NCBI GenBank assembly: GCA_022813965.1
Contig: JALDZS010000036.1
Span: 62,001-126,000 of the forward strand
DNA: 64,000 nucleotides
DNA from: Toensbergia leucococca
Lineage: Eukaryota
Reading direction: 5' to 3'
Positions 24,813-38,354 of the stretch are shown here, piece by piece. The notes under the pieces were generated by a model. It was not told the origin of the DNA. It did not search any database and saw only the letters and a program-made list of their open reading frames with translations. How positions within the stretch are numbered: the stretch's first letter is position 1; each line of letters starts with the position of its first letter. The position numbers were made by a program, and so were the translations under genes.

Positions 24813-27800
24813 TCAAACCTGATTCCTAGGTCCAAAGGGTTCGTCACCGACGAAGTCTCTCGGCGTCGGAGCTACAGCATTTCCTACACCTGAGTGCTCC
24901 ACCTCGCCTTCATAACATGTCTTTTCCGCATCCTGGTCGTAGCTCTCCTTTCGCATCAATGGGGGCGTCGCAAGCGCTTCATAATTACTCAAGGAGCTAT
25001 TTTCCTCTCGACGAGAGAGACTATGCCTCGGTGTATGATACAGCCGTGACGGCCGGCTAGTAGATGAGGACGTGATCCTTGACCCTTGCTTACTCGTCGG
25101 TGGTTGTGGGCTTTGACGTGTGTTGGTGTTCGGAGGGGTCATAAGACCAGATCGAAAGCCTTGAGAAGAGGGAGAAGACCTGGAAGGAGTTTGACTCAGA
25201 GCTTCGGAGAGGGTGCCGAGCGAGGTTACGCTCGCCTTGCGCCAATTTCCCCAAGCGGCGGCGGCAGCGGCGGCCAAGGGAAGGGCTCGGGGCGACAATG
25301 CTGACAAAGGAAGGCTGGCTATGGAGGCAATTGTTCTGCCGTCGGCTATTGCACGTTCCTTCTCTTGCTGCTCCATCTGGAGATTTGCCTCTAGACGGAT
25401 GATAGCAGCTTTGATGGCTTGGCGATCATATGTTGGCCGAGAAAGTGTGGCAATAATATCTTTCAAATCATCGATACGAACACTTAGCAATTCACGGAGC
25501 CAGGTGATCTCGATATCCCGCTCTCTGATCTTGACAGGTGCATCATTATCGACCTTTGATAGATCGCTCTCAAGCATCTCAATCCGAATTTCACGCTCTT
25601 GTAGTTGCTCTTGAAGTACCAAGATGGATTCACGGAGTGCCTGAGGTGATACTTTCTCCGGTATGTCCAAGCTTCTAGTCAACGGTTCTGCTGTACGGCC
25701 CATAGACCGACTTGAGGCGCTTTTTGCAATCTGCGCAGCTTGTGCGGCAGCATATGCAGCAGATTTGGCGATTTCAAGTTTTTCCTCGAGATGGCCAACT
25801 CGGTCTTGGTAATGCACTATCTTCTCATTCGAAAGAGCCAAACGATCGTAAAGATGCGACTCTGCTCGTTGCCTGTCCTCCAGGGCAGAAGCCATTGCAC
25901 TTTCATGTTGAGATCTCGATTCCTCCAAGGTACGTTCGTGGAACCGATAGTGCTCTAGCAAAGCACCTTCCCTGGCTTCGGCAGCCTCCCGAAGAGCATC
26001 ACTTCTGGACTGGGAAGCCTCTTCAAGCATGAGCTCATATCTTGCTTTGACAGCACTGGTATCTATCGTCGCATCGTCAAGTTGAGTCTGTAATCTTGCA
26101 ATAACGCCCTCAAGGTCGGTGCGCACGATAGTGGTTTGGTTATTGGCAGCCTCAATGTTTACTTCTAGTGCTTTTCCTGTTCTGTGTGCTTCCAGTTTGG
26201 CTGTCTCCCTGGCATCATGAGCTTCGCGCTCACAGCGAGTGGCGGCTTTCTGATGCTCATGGATCTCTAATCTTAATTCATTCACCATGTCCTCCAATCG
26301 AGCATTTGCTCTTTGTGTTTGATCCACCAAGAACCGCCCCTTCATAGCTTCCTTGTCCTGCATTTCAAGTCTCTCGATCTTGAGCTCGAGTCGTTCTATT
26401 GTGCGAGTTTCCGCTTCAAGTTTCGTGCTCAGCGCACTGTTCCGAGCCTTGTGCTCTTCTTCTCTGTTCCGCCACATTGACTGATCTCGTGCGATTTCGC
26501 CAGCCGCCAGAGTCATGTCCTCCTGTAGACGGTCAAATTTAGTCCGTAAGGCATGGCGACCCCTTATACTATCTTCCATTTCGGTCTTTAGTAAACTGAC
26601 AGTCTTTGCAAGCTCTGTGTTCTCCGCCTTCGCCTCTTCAATCTCTTCTCGCCACTCAGCACTAGACAATCTATACTCTTCGAGAGTACCTTCCAGGGCA
26701 GCGTTCTTCTCCGATAAATCGGCAACTCTCTTTTGCAAGTCTTCCTGTGCATCCTCAAGTCCAGCAGTCCGCCTCATTGCCTGTTGCCGTTCATCGTAGA
26801 AAGCTCGAAGACTGCGCTCCGTTTCCTCCGCAGACTCACGTTGCTCTGCGGCATCTAGCTTCGCAGCTTGAAGACGCTTTTGAGTCTCTGCTAGAACATG
26901 CTCAATGCTTATCCGAGCCTTAAGCTCGTCTCCTGCGCGAGAATCTGCAACTTTGAGCATACTTTCTAGCCCTGCGATATGAAGCTGGTATTTCTCAGCA
27001 GTTGCCGACTCGTGACTTGACGTAATTGGAGCTGATTTTCCACGCATCTGTCTCCCGATAGCTTCTTCGACGATGGTCTTGATATCGGGTTGCGGAACTT
27101 GAGATACTGTCGCCTTCATCTCTTTGACTGCATCCATCACCTCCGATAATCCCTGGATTTGCGTAGCACTCTGCTGAGTATTTACAGATTCCAGGAGGGA
27201 AGCTCTAAGATTTTCGAACTTGCGATCCCTTCTAGGCGACTTAACCCTTGACTGAGACATGTCTTCAACATCATCCTCATCATCAGCGTCACTGTGTTCA
27301 ATTCCAGCTGAATGGTTCGTTCGACCTCTTGAGCTAGCTGATCTACTCGACAACAAATCTAGTGAGTGTTGGATGTTGGCCAGAGTCTTCTCTAAGGGTC
27401 CTAGACGCTCTTGCATAATCCCATCAACTAGATCATTGACACGATTTTCGAAGAATCCGCTCCTGGAGTGAAGTTCCGGTTCGTTGGCGGACGAAATTGC
27501 ATCGTCCCAATCGCTGATAAGAATATTGTCATGGCTACCACGTCGGTTCACTGAAGATTCGAATGCCCCGTCGGTCCTAGAAGGTCTATATGATGGACTG
27601 AAGCGAGCTTTGTGAGAAACCATTTCGATATCAGCTGTGTCCGCACTCTCGGAATCTGTCCGAGGTAGGTACTGGTACGGCTGTTGCGAGCTGACTGGAC
27701 TTGGTGGCGCTGCATCGCTCCTCAACTGGGCAGTAGGTAGATGTCGACTTGCTCTTGAAGAGGCAGGGTATTCTGGTCCAGGACTTCGGACAAAATTTCG

Positions 27801-30800
27801 ACGTTGCCAAGGACTAGCAACTCGTTCCACTCCAAGGTCAGAATCTTCCTCGTTAAGATGCTTCATTACAGCATCGATTTCGGTATACGATGGCTCAATG
27901 TAGGTTACGCCGTCGACCCCGTTCACGTGACGAACCTCATGATGTATAGCTGGCTCGGCTGTACTCAGGTCGCGGGTTTTAGACGGTTCCCGCAAAATTG
28001 CATTTGGGGATCTAGGACGGACCACTGTAGGATATGATGCATATGCATATCGTGGTCCTGTAAATTCGCGCTCTAATGGTCGAGGAGCTTGTGCATTTGA
28101 TGCCTCACTAGCATTGGAAGCACAGGCACCATTAACATGCCTGTACTCGGAGGAATTGGCTGTTGCAGACAGAGAAGCTCTGCTACCGTGACTAAAAGCA
28201 TCCTGGAGAACATCCGGCTTGCCGTTAGCGAAGTCATGCTCAGATATTGCCGAGATACAAGATTGCGACTGAAGATGCATCCCCCTCCTCTCTCTATCGA
28301 GTGACGTTGAAGAGAGCTCGATTTCCGTGTCTCGTCGTGACAAAGATGCCTGTCGCAGGGCCACATCTTGACTATCAGCATCCTCAACATCGTCGAAGGT
28401 AAAAGGTTCCAAAGGATTGCCACCCGCACCAGCAGAATCATGATCCCCAGTCAGACTAGACGCATCTGACGTTGGAAATTCATCGACGATCTCTTTCAGC
28501 GAATTTGTAGCATTCGCTAAAGTTTTGGCATCTTCATTGCTTATCATAGGATCTATGTCGCCGATCGAATCCGATAAAATCCTAGTTTTAGACTTCGTTT
28601 GCATTGTATCGCTTGGTGTTGCAAACAAAGGTACCTGGTCGCCGTCATTTTCGTGTCGTCGCATCCTCTTTTGTCGACCCTTTGCTTGAGTGATTCGTCC
28701 AGTATCATCTTCTGGGTCTTCATCGTCTCGCTTGCCTGTCTCGTGGCGCTCTTGAGGGCTTACAATTGCAATAGCTTTCGATTTCTTTATCGGCTTGATA
28801 ATCTCGGAAAGGTCAAGATTGCCAAAGATCTTCTTATCTTTGGTGTTGTACGCATGGATTTCAGATGCCTGAGTTCCTTGATTCTTGCCTGAGCCATTGA
28901 CCTTGTTGTTTTCGGACTGGTAGGATGGGCCTAGAGTAGAGAAACTGAATTCTCTAGATTGCGTTGCCGTCCTTTTGAGACTTTCAGGTGTGAAGGGGGG
29001 TGCATCGACATTGAGACTCTGGCTAAAAGCAGAGCTATTTCCAGCATATTTCGTGCGATTTGATGACTCCGAGGAATCAAGTATATCTGTGCCCGAGGCC
29101 CGAAACCCTGAGAAGGCGAAAATATTTGGTGCAGGGGAGGTATCAAGCTCAGACACAAACTCTTGCGCTCGGACATTCAATATTGAGATAGAACCCTGGG
29201 ATGATTGTGTTTCTCGAGAATACAACCGAGGGTTCTGCTGGCCTACTAGAATATTCGGAGTCCTTATTATACTTGGATTCGTATCCATGTCCAATATATC
29301 CATCTTAGGACCACTGCCTATATCTGACATCGTGACTGGCATGGCTGTAGCTTGGACTGTATGTTCTTCCGCCTTTTCTTTCACCAGATCATACGATACC
29401 TCGTTTTCCAAATCCGATCGCCTCATTGATTCACCATCCAAGTATCTCTCAGCATCGTCGATTTCTTTCTGTAATGTCTCGCTAAGGTTCTGACGATGGC
29501 CGCGAGGCACCGGAGTTGCTATCTCGAGCTGGCTCACATACTGCACTGACTCTGGATCATCTTCATTATCGCGAGTCATCGCTAGAGGCGGCCAGTGTGG
29601 GCGTAGAAGCTGTTGCTGGTGTAGCTGCTGATAATGGAGCTGAGCTTCTAACTGCGCTTGCTGCTGACGCATTTGAGCAAGCACAATTGCAGATTCCGAA
29701 TCAAGGATATGATGAGAAGCTAAATCTTGTCCTGAAATCATTGCGGGCAATGAAGTAGTATCTATAATAGGAACATGAGCATCAAGGACGGGAATAACAT
29801 CGCCCGGGCTACCATGAGAGCCTCGATGACGCGGCGACGGTCTACCAGGGACAGGGGGAACAGGGACATTAGAATGTGGCAATCGAAGGGATGATAGATT
29901 AGCTTGTTCCCCATCGCGTAAAGCCATAGAGTGGCGTGGAAAGTGATGGAAATGTCCTGGCTTGTCCATGTACTGCGATCCAGGGGACTGAACATGAGTA
30001 ATTTGAGTATTAGAAGTCGACCCAGCGGATGTGTGAAGAAAGGAGTTCGCATGCTGTATGGGAAGCGTGTTGGTAGATGAAGATGACGTTAGAGACGGCA
30101 AAGTCGGTAATGTGGAGTTCTGTGACGAGGTTTGTCGAGCCATCGTGGGAATAGTCGAAGGAACTTCGGACGCAGGCGTTTCATCGGCGAAGCTTACTCC
30201 TAAAGCACGCAGCTTTTTCTCCTTCAAATCATTGACATACGCCTCCCATTCCAGTTTATCTGGAATGCCAATCTGATAGATTCCATTTTGCCATTCTTGC
30301 TTTGCTAGTTCCGGGTCAGGGTATACAACCCGGCTCTGGCCCTCAGACCCGTTCGAAGAGCTTTTATCAGAAAACATGGAGAGTTGAAAGCCTCTGATGT
30401 CATAACCTTGACCCTCCCAGTGCACGAGTTGTCCTGCCACATCCTGGGGCTTCAAATATGTTTTCTGATTGCTTGCTTCGTCCCAATTTGGAAGTGCAAC
30501 AACACAAGTTTTCCCACGCCACAAAAACCGTTTCCTGGGTCTCTGGAACGATACTGAGGGAGGAAGCTGCGGTATTTGTTTTGTTTGCGGCCAGCAAAGT
30601 ATGTTGGCAGCAGTATTCGAGACATTCACTTCTGGGGGCGAACGGCTAGACCGTGGAGCGGAAGTTTGCTTCTCGAATGTATGCATTGCTTCGGATAAGT
30701 CAGTCGGACTTTGGGAGTCCGTAGATCTAGAGTCTAACATGTTTCTTATTGCCGAAGTTCCCTCAGGCTCTTTATGAGGTATGTTCAAACGTCCCTGCGA

Positions 30801-31791
30801 CAGCAGCGTCGAATCGCCTGTCTTAGGTCCGTGCTGCTCGGAGACGCCTTGTCTTTTTTGGTATTTTTCTATCTGAACGGGATGCTTCAAGATGCTGGGT
30901 TCTTCTGGCTCAGTTTTCCAATGAGTTTCTCCGAGATTGGTGTTCACCAAGGTTTCGTTTTCAGAGGGCTGAAATTCGCTGCATCCAAACTCGTCACTAA
31001 ACCAATTTACTCGTTCAGGAGTTCTTCGGGTAGCAAGGTGAGATTTGAGCCAATTCTCCGTGAAGCCGTATCTGAAGTTGGGTCGTGGAGGGGACAGAAC
31101 GCCCCTATCCGTGGGTTTGTCCAGTCTTTCGAGTCCAGGCAAGCCTGATTCGATTGCTCCCAGCGCAGATTCGGAATCCAGGGCCAGTGTCACAGCAGCC
31201 CCGTGCTGTCTTCTAAATGCCCTATGCCTCAATGGCGAATCGTCCTCTGGAGATGGACTGAGAACCCGCCGTTGGTATTTCTCGTCGGCAATAGTCCCAA
31301 AGTCATACGATTCTGTTTTTGAAAATCCACATAAAGCCGTGTAGTATGCGCTACTATCTGACTTCTGATGCGATGGCGGAGATTGTAAATTTTGCAAATA
31401 ACGACCCTCAATCGAAAGCTTCGGTAAGGGAGGAGACAGGGCAGTCCAGGTACTGGACGATGTCGAGTGTGGAGACCAGTCCAATCTTTTTTGCGATTGC
31501 TCAATATGTCGTCTTGAAGGTGGAAGCTCCAAGCAGTTAGGAGAGGGCGACGTAGCTGGCAAGCCCAGGAATACAGTAGAGACTGGAAGAAAACAGAGTC
31601 AGTCAGTGTTGTAGGAAGTAAAGTGGTTTGAAGGAAGTACGGCATACTTTCCACAGCGACGGCGCACAGCAAGGGATTCCTCGCCGCTGAATTTATAATT
31701 TGGAAAGCGGATGAATGCAATCAAGTCGGTATCAATCGGTAGGTCTTGCGGCACAAAGAGCAATGAGAGCATTACAGAGAGAAGGTCTCAT
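24813..31791 (-). CDS. Very large (>2200 aa) fungal protein with disordered N-half and long C-terminal coiled coil (no myosin motor domain)
   Basis: Single open exon 24813-31582. Blocks such as WRGKTCVVALP, TPVPRGHRQNLSETLQKEI, YIEPSYTEIDAVMKHLN, SPQALRESILVLQEQLQERE and EITWLRELLSVRIDDL. Two small upstream exons (ATG 31791; introns ~31775-31687 and ~31647-31583) splice in frame, but the start is uncertain. Confidence 0.8.
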
Positions 31792-32464
31792 GAAAGGTGG
31801 GCAGTCTCTGAAGTGTAGTAGACGGATGGTTAGCATGTTGAGGGGCGACGGCTTGAAATTCAATACTTGAGGTTTGGATGTTTGTTACCAGACGTCTTTC
31901 AGGACTCGTTCCTTCGCGAAACTCTAGCGCGTGTGTTGGTCGGGCCAATCGGGTCTCCACGTGATGATGTCAATCCCATGGTCCATCCCGCGCTCATGGC
32001 AGGCTCATGGTAGAAGCTTGTCTCAGCTCGATCATTGCCATGACAATATCGATCACTTGATTAGATACCACTGTGGATCACAATCATCTTGATTGTGTCC
32101 AAGGAAACTAGATCCTCGTTTTCCTGACTCAGGTGTGAATACCAGAGTCGAAGGATTTCTGTAGGCAGTACTACTCTCAGCGCTCACAATTGTACCAGCA
32201 CCGTGGAGTTCTCCGAGGTACCCACGGTCCACTACCAACGGTGATTACTCGTTAATGACTTTACTGTTTTGCACGCTGAAGTGAAAGCCTATGAATACAC
32301 ACCTAACCAGTCTAGGTCAATCATGGTCGGGAGAAGTGAAATTCACAAATCGCACAAGACCGCCGAATCCCATGCACCAATCCGCCGTACAGTCTAACGC
32401 AGCCCTTTTTCAAACTCAATCGAGTCTCCATGTCCTCAAATGCCCGGAATATATGAAAATGAGC

Positions 32465-33575
32465 TCAAGAAGAGCAGCTCATTGAGAACTTGGCGGTCCT
32501 GTTACTGTAATAAGCACCCCAGTTTTTTTCATTCTCGTAAACATTATTTGCGCCCAGACTGTCTGGCTTCCAGGTTTCGTCGAAGGCCTCGAAATAGAAG
32601 ACGTCAACACCCCAATCAAGTGCAGCACACACACCAGTTTGGAAGAAAGTCTGCGCATTTTCTGTACCGGCCTCGGCGTCTATGTATTTCCCACCCCCTT
32701 CCGACAAGATTAGTAAGAATACCGGAAAAACTATAGAAAGGGACCAACCATTTCCGGGCCATCCTGTCTCCCCATTCCAAAGCTCAATGGCGTCTACTGA
32801 GCCTGCCTTTTCCTGGATTTTGCCAAAAGCTTGCTGCAAATCGTCTAAATACGTGGCAGTGGCGTTTTTGATGTTCTGTCCTTGCCAATACGCGAACGCA
32901 TTGACGAGGCTTTCAAAAAAATCAGCGACCGAGATCGGACGAAGGGATGCAGCATGCGAGCTTACAGAAGTTTAACACCGCCTGTGATTAAAGGATTGGC
33001 TGTTCCATCTTGGAACTTGTTCCAACTGTCCGCATAACCGATCAGTTTATCCGGGAAGGCCTTCTGCATATCGGTAATATTCAATAGAAGCTGATCTGCC
33101 GTTACGCTTCCCCTGTAAAGAGCCTCTGACCCGACTGTGATGGCGTACACTGAGTCCCTGTACAGGGGTACGTAGGTCTGTAGTGCGGTCTTGTCAAGGT
33201 CGTACGATGTCTCAGTATCTGGCCTAATATATTATAGTCAGAATAAACAGTAAGAATCGGGGCCATCATCGCGGGGAGTATTCGGAAATGATCATACCAA
33301 ACTCCTAAAATAACTTGAAACCCCATTTTTGCAGCTGCAGGCAGAATGTTTTCGGCAGTGTTACAGCAGACTGTCCCATTGCAGCCGCTCGAAGAGTACG
33401 TGCGGACTATAGTACTGGTGCTGCTTAATGCGGCGAAATCAGCTTCATAGTCGGTGGTGTTTTTGCAATTGCCATCTGCCGTTTGGTCACCAAGAGCGTA
33501 TCCTAAACGGCCAGTGGCAGAGACGGCAAGTGGTGCAGTCGCGAGAGCGAGCGGAATGAGGGTTGAGAAACGCAT
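32465..33575 (-). CDS. GH17 beta-1,3-glucanase/glucanosyltransferase (Bgl2/Bgt1-like), secreted, 4 exons
   Basis: Signal peptide MRFSTLIPLALATAPLAVSA; catalytic-region motifs ITVGSEALYRG and LWNGETGWP; FYFEAFDETWK and EKNWG. Confidence 0.92.
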
Positions 33576-34749
33576 AGTCAATGGATGCAATGAACGTAAT
33601 AATAGACTTCAAGGAGGTCTAAGCCAGACGATAATGATGGTACAATAGCACGAAATTCGTAATGAACGACAAAGAGTTGGTGGTTGAGAAGTGGTCACAA
33701 AAAATGCTGGAGAAAATGTTTGTTCTTTCAGGGGTTTTCCCGTGCCGCCAAGGCTTGGGTCGCGTTCCTGGAGCTGGAAATAGAATAGGTGGTTCCTGAC
33801 TAGGCAGGTAAGCTCGTAAGGTACGGAATACTCCGCAACGTCATACCTTATAAATTCTTAGCCGAGGAACAAAATTCTGATACTCGTACCCTACTGAACA
33901 AAGGCCATGTGCTTTGGAGGCCAATTATTGACCTTACATGAAGACTTGATGAGCCCATGAAATTCAACAAATGAAACAGTACAGCTGGAATGGGCGTTCA
34001 TTGATGGCAATTGCTACGAATATTACTCTTTAGCTCTTTATGTCACTAAATAAGGTCTGCTATGTCTTTCGATGTATGGTAATAATCTTGAGGTGGCGGA
34101 GATTAGTCAATGTACGGAGTAACGATCATGGTGATCCTTCACTCCCTTCTAGATTCAAAGTCACCTATTCTATGAAGGCTCGAATCTGGAAATCATATCC
34201 CTATGTACATGTTGAGTTTGCGATTTACAATTGTTCTCTTCAGACCTTGAGATGTCACAGTACTGGTACTCGTGGAGAACTCTTGGATTCCTTGAGGAGA
34301 AACGCAGCGGTGGTTCGCCGAGCTTCATTACCTTACTTGATAGGGAGGAGAAACAAACATAGAATAGGTCACAATGCTCTAGGAAAGGTATCGAGCAAAA
34401 AAGGCTGTCTTAAAAGAGTATTTAGAACTATTTTGGCAACTATTCTCGACAGTTAACTGTGGTTTTAATTCTCTCACGCAAGTCACACTCCAGAACCTTG
34501 TGTAAACAACCGGTTTGAGCTTTCGTGTTGTTGTGTTGATGTTAACTGAATCAAGCCTGGCGCGGTTCGCTTCAAAAACATGTGTTCGATCACAACAATC
34601 CAGACGTGCGATAAAGCTTCCCACGAATCCTGATGACATTTCATTGTCCCACATCTCTCTTTCACAACCGCTTTTATTACTCTTACATTTCGCTCGTTGC
34701 CCACATTTTTTGATCCGTAAATAGGCTCCAATACATCCAGACAGCCACC

Positions 34750-36142
34750 ATGGTATGGAACACCGCCTGAACTTATATCTAGTCCTTCTGACCCCCAGCA
34801 GAACTCTTCTACGCTTCGACGTTTGATTTCAGACCATGCCGCTCTTCACACTTCTGAATTACCACCACACTATTTTTTTTCTTTATCCGATAATGCATCC
34901 ATCCCAGACGATCTCACACAGCTCACCATCCTCTTGACCGGTCCGCAAGGAACACCCTACTCACAGGGCCTGTGGAAGCTACACTTGAAGATTCCTGAGG
35001 ATTATCCCAAGACACCCCCCAAAGCATCTTTCCGTACACGAATCTGGCATCCAAATGTTGAAGAGTCTACCGGCAGCATCTGTGTCGATACCTTAAAACG
35101 AGATTGGGAATCCAAATTGACTCTGCGCCACGTACTCGTTGTAAGGCATTCATCATAACGTGACACTACTCATTCTCATACTTACATAAATGTCCAATAG
35201 ACGATATCTTGCCTTCTGATCCAGCCAAATCCAGATTCGGCGCTGAACTCTACAGCTGGCCGTCTGTTGCAAGACGATTATGAAGCTTTCGCTCGTCAAG
35301 CAAAGCTCATGACCTCCATACACGCGCGGGTGCCTTCGCACTTGAAAGAGGCTGCTCTCGAAGCAAAGCGGCGAGGAGAAGAAGCCGGTGCCGACATAAG
35401 AGAAGAGAAATCACAACGGCCATCAATGCATAGCAAAACCACTAGCACTTCTAGTATTGTCATGAAAAAGAGACCTCTCCTTACTCTCAGTTACACTGTT
35501 AATGCACCAACGACACCGAGCGCCCACATTTCCCATCCCACAGACCACAACACAGAGAATTCCGACACTGAGGAGGACGAGGCCTCGGCTTCCAAGGAAA
35601 ATGACCCTTCACTATCACCTACACGAGTTGAGCCCCAGCCAAGCCCCAAAAGACCTACTTTGACCAAAGGGCCGCTATCCGACCTCCCCACCCCAACAGA
35701 ACCTGACGAAGATACTATCGAGTCTCACGACGGCACGAGTATGAACCCTTCGGAACAAAACATCGTCAACAACGCACTCGCTCACCCCGCCAGCCCACCC
35801 AGAAATCTTGAGCGTCCGCGCAAGTCACCAAAGCTAGTTGAGAGGAGCCGCAGCGTCAATTTCTCAGGCGCTCGACCTCAAGGCGGAAACGCAGACGGCC
35901 AGCTGATAATACCCTTCGAAGACGGCACGAGCGACGACGCCCCGCCCGCTAAGCGTGTGTGTTCAGGAGAAGGAAAAGAAAACTTGGTGGAAGATGTCGA
36001 TCTGAAAACAGAGAGAATAGAACCATTAGCGAAACCTATAGGAGTGAGTGGCGTGCCGGTAAAGGTAGTGATTCCGATCAAAGGGATCACGGCTGGGTCT
36101 GTGAGGGGAGTTAAGCCGAGGACTGGGCTTAGGCGTTTGTAA
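34750..36142 (+). CDS. UBE2S: Ubiquitin-conjugating enzyme E2 S (UBE2S/E2-EPF type), 3 exons
   Basis: ATG-only first exon then GTATGG intron; [36 protein letters not shown] (catalytic Cys); C-terminal GLRRL tail characteristic of UBE2S. Confidence 0.88.
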
Positions 36143-36944
36143 TCTTGTGGTTGTTTGGTCTTTTGCATGGCATTGCTCATAGGAGTTCGTAGGGAGGCTT
36201 TTACGTTCTTTATACCGGGTATGCGAGCAGCATCAAGGAAGTCCGGAAGTTATTACTTACCTTAAAGTCTGGATTACCTCAGAGAGGCGTCGGAATGAAA
36301 CGAGATCATTTATGACAATATGAGATTTGCTTCAAAAAGTCATCAACACCACCGTGACTTACCAAAGATCAGGCTCTCATGTGAATTATTCTACTCGTGC
36401 GGCAAACAAGTCTATGACTCTAGATGCACGTGTACACAATGTATTTACGGCACCAAGGGACTTTCTAGCATTGTTAAAACACCGAATAAATCAGTTTCGA
36501 GGTTGGTACCTAAAGCCTATGGGATGGTTACATGAACTAACGGAACAGTATCATTACTTATTCATTGCCAAGCTTCCCACACGAATGAACGCCTTTGGAA
36601 GGAATCTGGGTACCCGAGAACAACCAAGTACTCAGCAGCATGGATGCAAAGCCAACGCCTAATCGCCGAGCTTTCAACAACAGGGTATGGAGATAATAAC
36701 ACACGGAGTTTACAAGAAACATCACGACCCCGCTTTTAACTCTAAGCTGCCGTTAGATTTCGCTCAAGGGACAAAAGGGACAAAAGGGGAATCAGGAATA
36801 AATGAAAGGTCGCACACTTCGCTAGTGCCGTTCAGATAGAAGTACCGGGCACTGACGAATAGAAATTTTACAAGTCTCCAGCCGGGGCTTAGGCCCGCAT
36901 TTGGAATTCAGCTTCGCCAAGACTTCATACCCAGATTCAGATGC

Positions 36945-38354
36945 CTAGTAATAGCCAGGGTTTCTGGAGCCAGTGAGAATCTTGAAGGCGACATAGATAC
37001 CGTTCAACACCTCCATCGGATTCATTGCAGCGGTAATTGCCCTAAAGCCGAGAAAGCCTCCCTGGTAGGAGGTGAATTGACTCATTTGCAGTGTGTGGTC
37101 CCCGGAGATAGGTACCATGCCTTGTTTGATGAAATAGGGCTTGGGTGAATAGGCGTAGTGGTAGAAGACAGAGAAGATCATCATTTCGAAGCAGATTAGG
37201 AGAGACGGGATACCGGTGGAAAGGTCGTAATAGGAGAGCTTGGAGGAAATCCCTATATCGGCGCCGCTAATATAGGTGAAGATAGTCTGTTTAAGGAGTC
37301 AGATTGAGAAACACCACGATTGGCCTTGCTGCTTGCATACCGATTGAATAAAATTGAGAAAGACAATAGCTTTGAAGGCCAGCAATTTCAGTAGCGGTTT
37401 ATGCTCAGCAATGTCCGTCCTCGTCTTTCCGTAGAACCTGAGAATTCCACCGAGAGCAAAAGTGATCGAAATAATTAATAGGATGTTCAACTGAATGCCA
37501 ATAATTGTCAGCAGGTGAAAATGGACGGGTCACGTTTTTCGGCCAACTCACCCAAAGATGTCCATAATCCTTGCTGTTCGATTGAAGGCAATACACGCCA
37601 GCAGCTTGCGTAGCGTCTGTCGCGATAGCAATTATAAATGCAAGAACGGGGAACTGGAACATTTGTACCCAGCATCTCTGATCATCCACGAAATCAGCCT
37701 CATAATCTAGTAAAACCTCGGAGAATATTGAAAACCTACATTGTAGAGACTAATGTTCCCACCAGGTTGTGAGGTTCCATTGTCCTGCTTGGCAAAGTAT
37801 CGATTTCGCTCCTCGTGGATTGGTGAGATGTAGGTACATAAGAGAAGGAATAAGGTAGCAAAGCAAATGGCTTCATAGAAATCTTCCCACGGCTTTATGT
37901 AGACGAATGATGTCGGAAACCATGCCCCTAAGAATGAGAGGACGGCAAACGTGGGGACAATAGTGATTATTCGAATGATTCTGATGGTGAATGTTAGTAC
38001 TGTCAAAATGTATCGGATCGAACGAGCCTCACTTGATTTGCTCGCCGGGGTTGCTCAGGTGTGTGGCATGGCGCATAACTAGGAAGAATGAAACTAGAAG
38101 GGCAACAGCAGAGAACGATCCAGCCATGATCCCAATCAGACGTGAAAGGGTTATCGATCCGTCTGAGGAGAGGGGTTCTCCATCTGTACCATGATGTTAG
38201 CATTTCATTCGGATATCCTGGATGACTTAAAGCGTAACATACCATACAAAGGCGTAGGAAACGCCGGGCACCCTGTAGCGGTTGAGCTTGAGCTTGAGCT
38301 TGAGCTTGTTGAGCTCGCGTGGAGCTTCCGGGGTAGCTCCATATGTAGCGACAT
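36945..38354 (-). CDS. OSTalpha/TMEM184 (DUF300) family membrane protein, multi-exon
   Basis: HATHLSNPGEQI, IIRIITIVPTFAVLSFL, YIKPWEDFYEAICFATLFLLL, HKPLLKLLAFKAIVFLNFIQ, CFEMMIFSVFYHYAYSPKPY and YQGGFLGFRA. Confidence 0.88.
38282..38315. repeat. (TTGAGC)n hexamer repeat encoding poly-Ser in the OSTalpha N-terminus
   Basis: ttgagc x4 plus a degenerate unit; reads SSTSSSSSSST on the minus strand. Confidence 0.8.

Noticed and set aside
24813..31562. Myosin heavy chain
   Set aside because: No P-loop or motor domain; only coiled-coil similarity.
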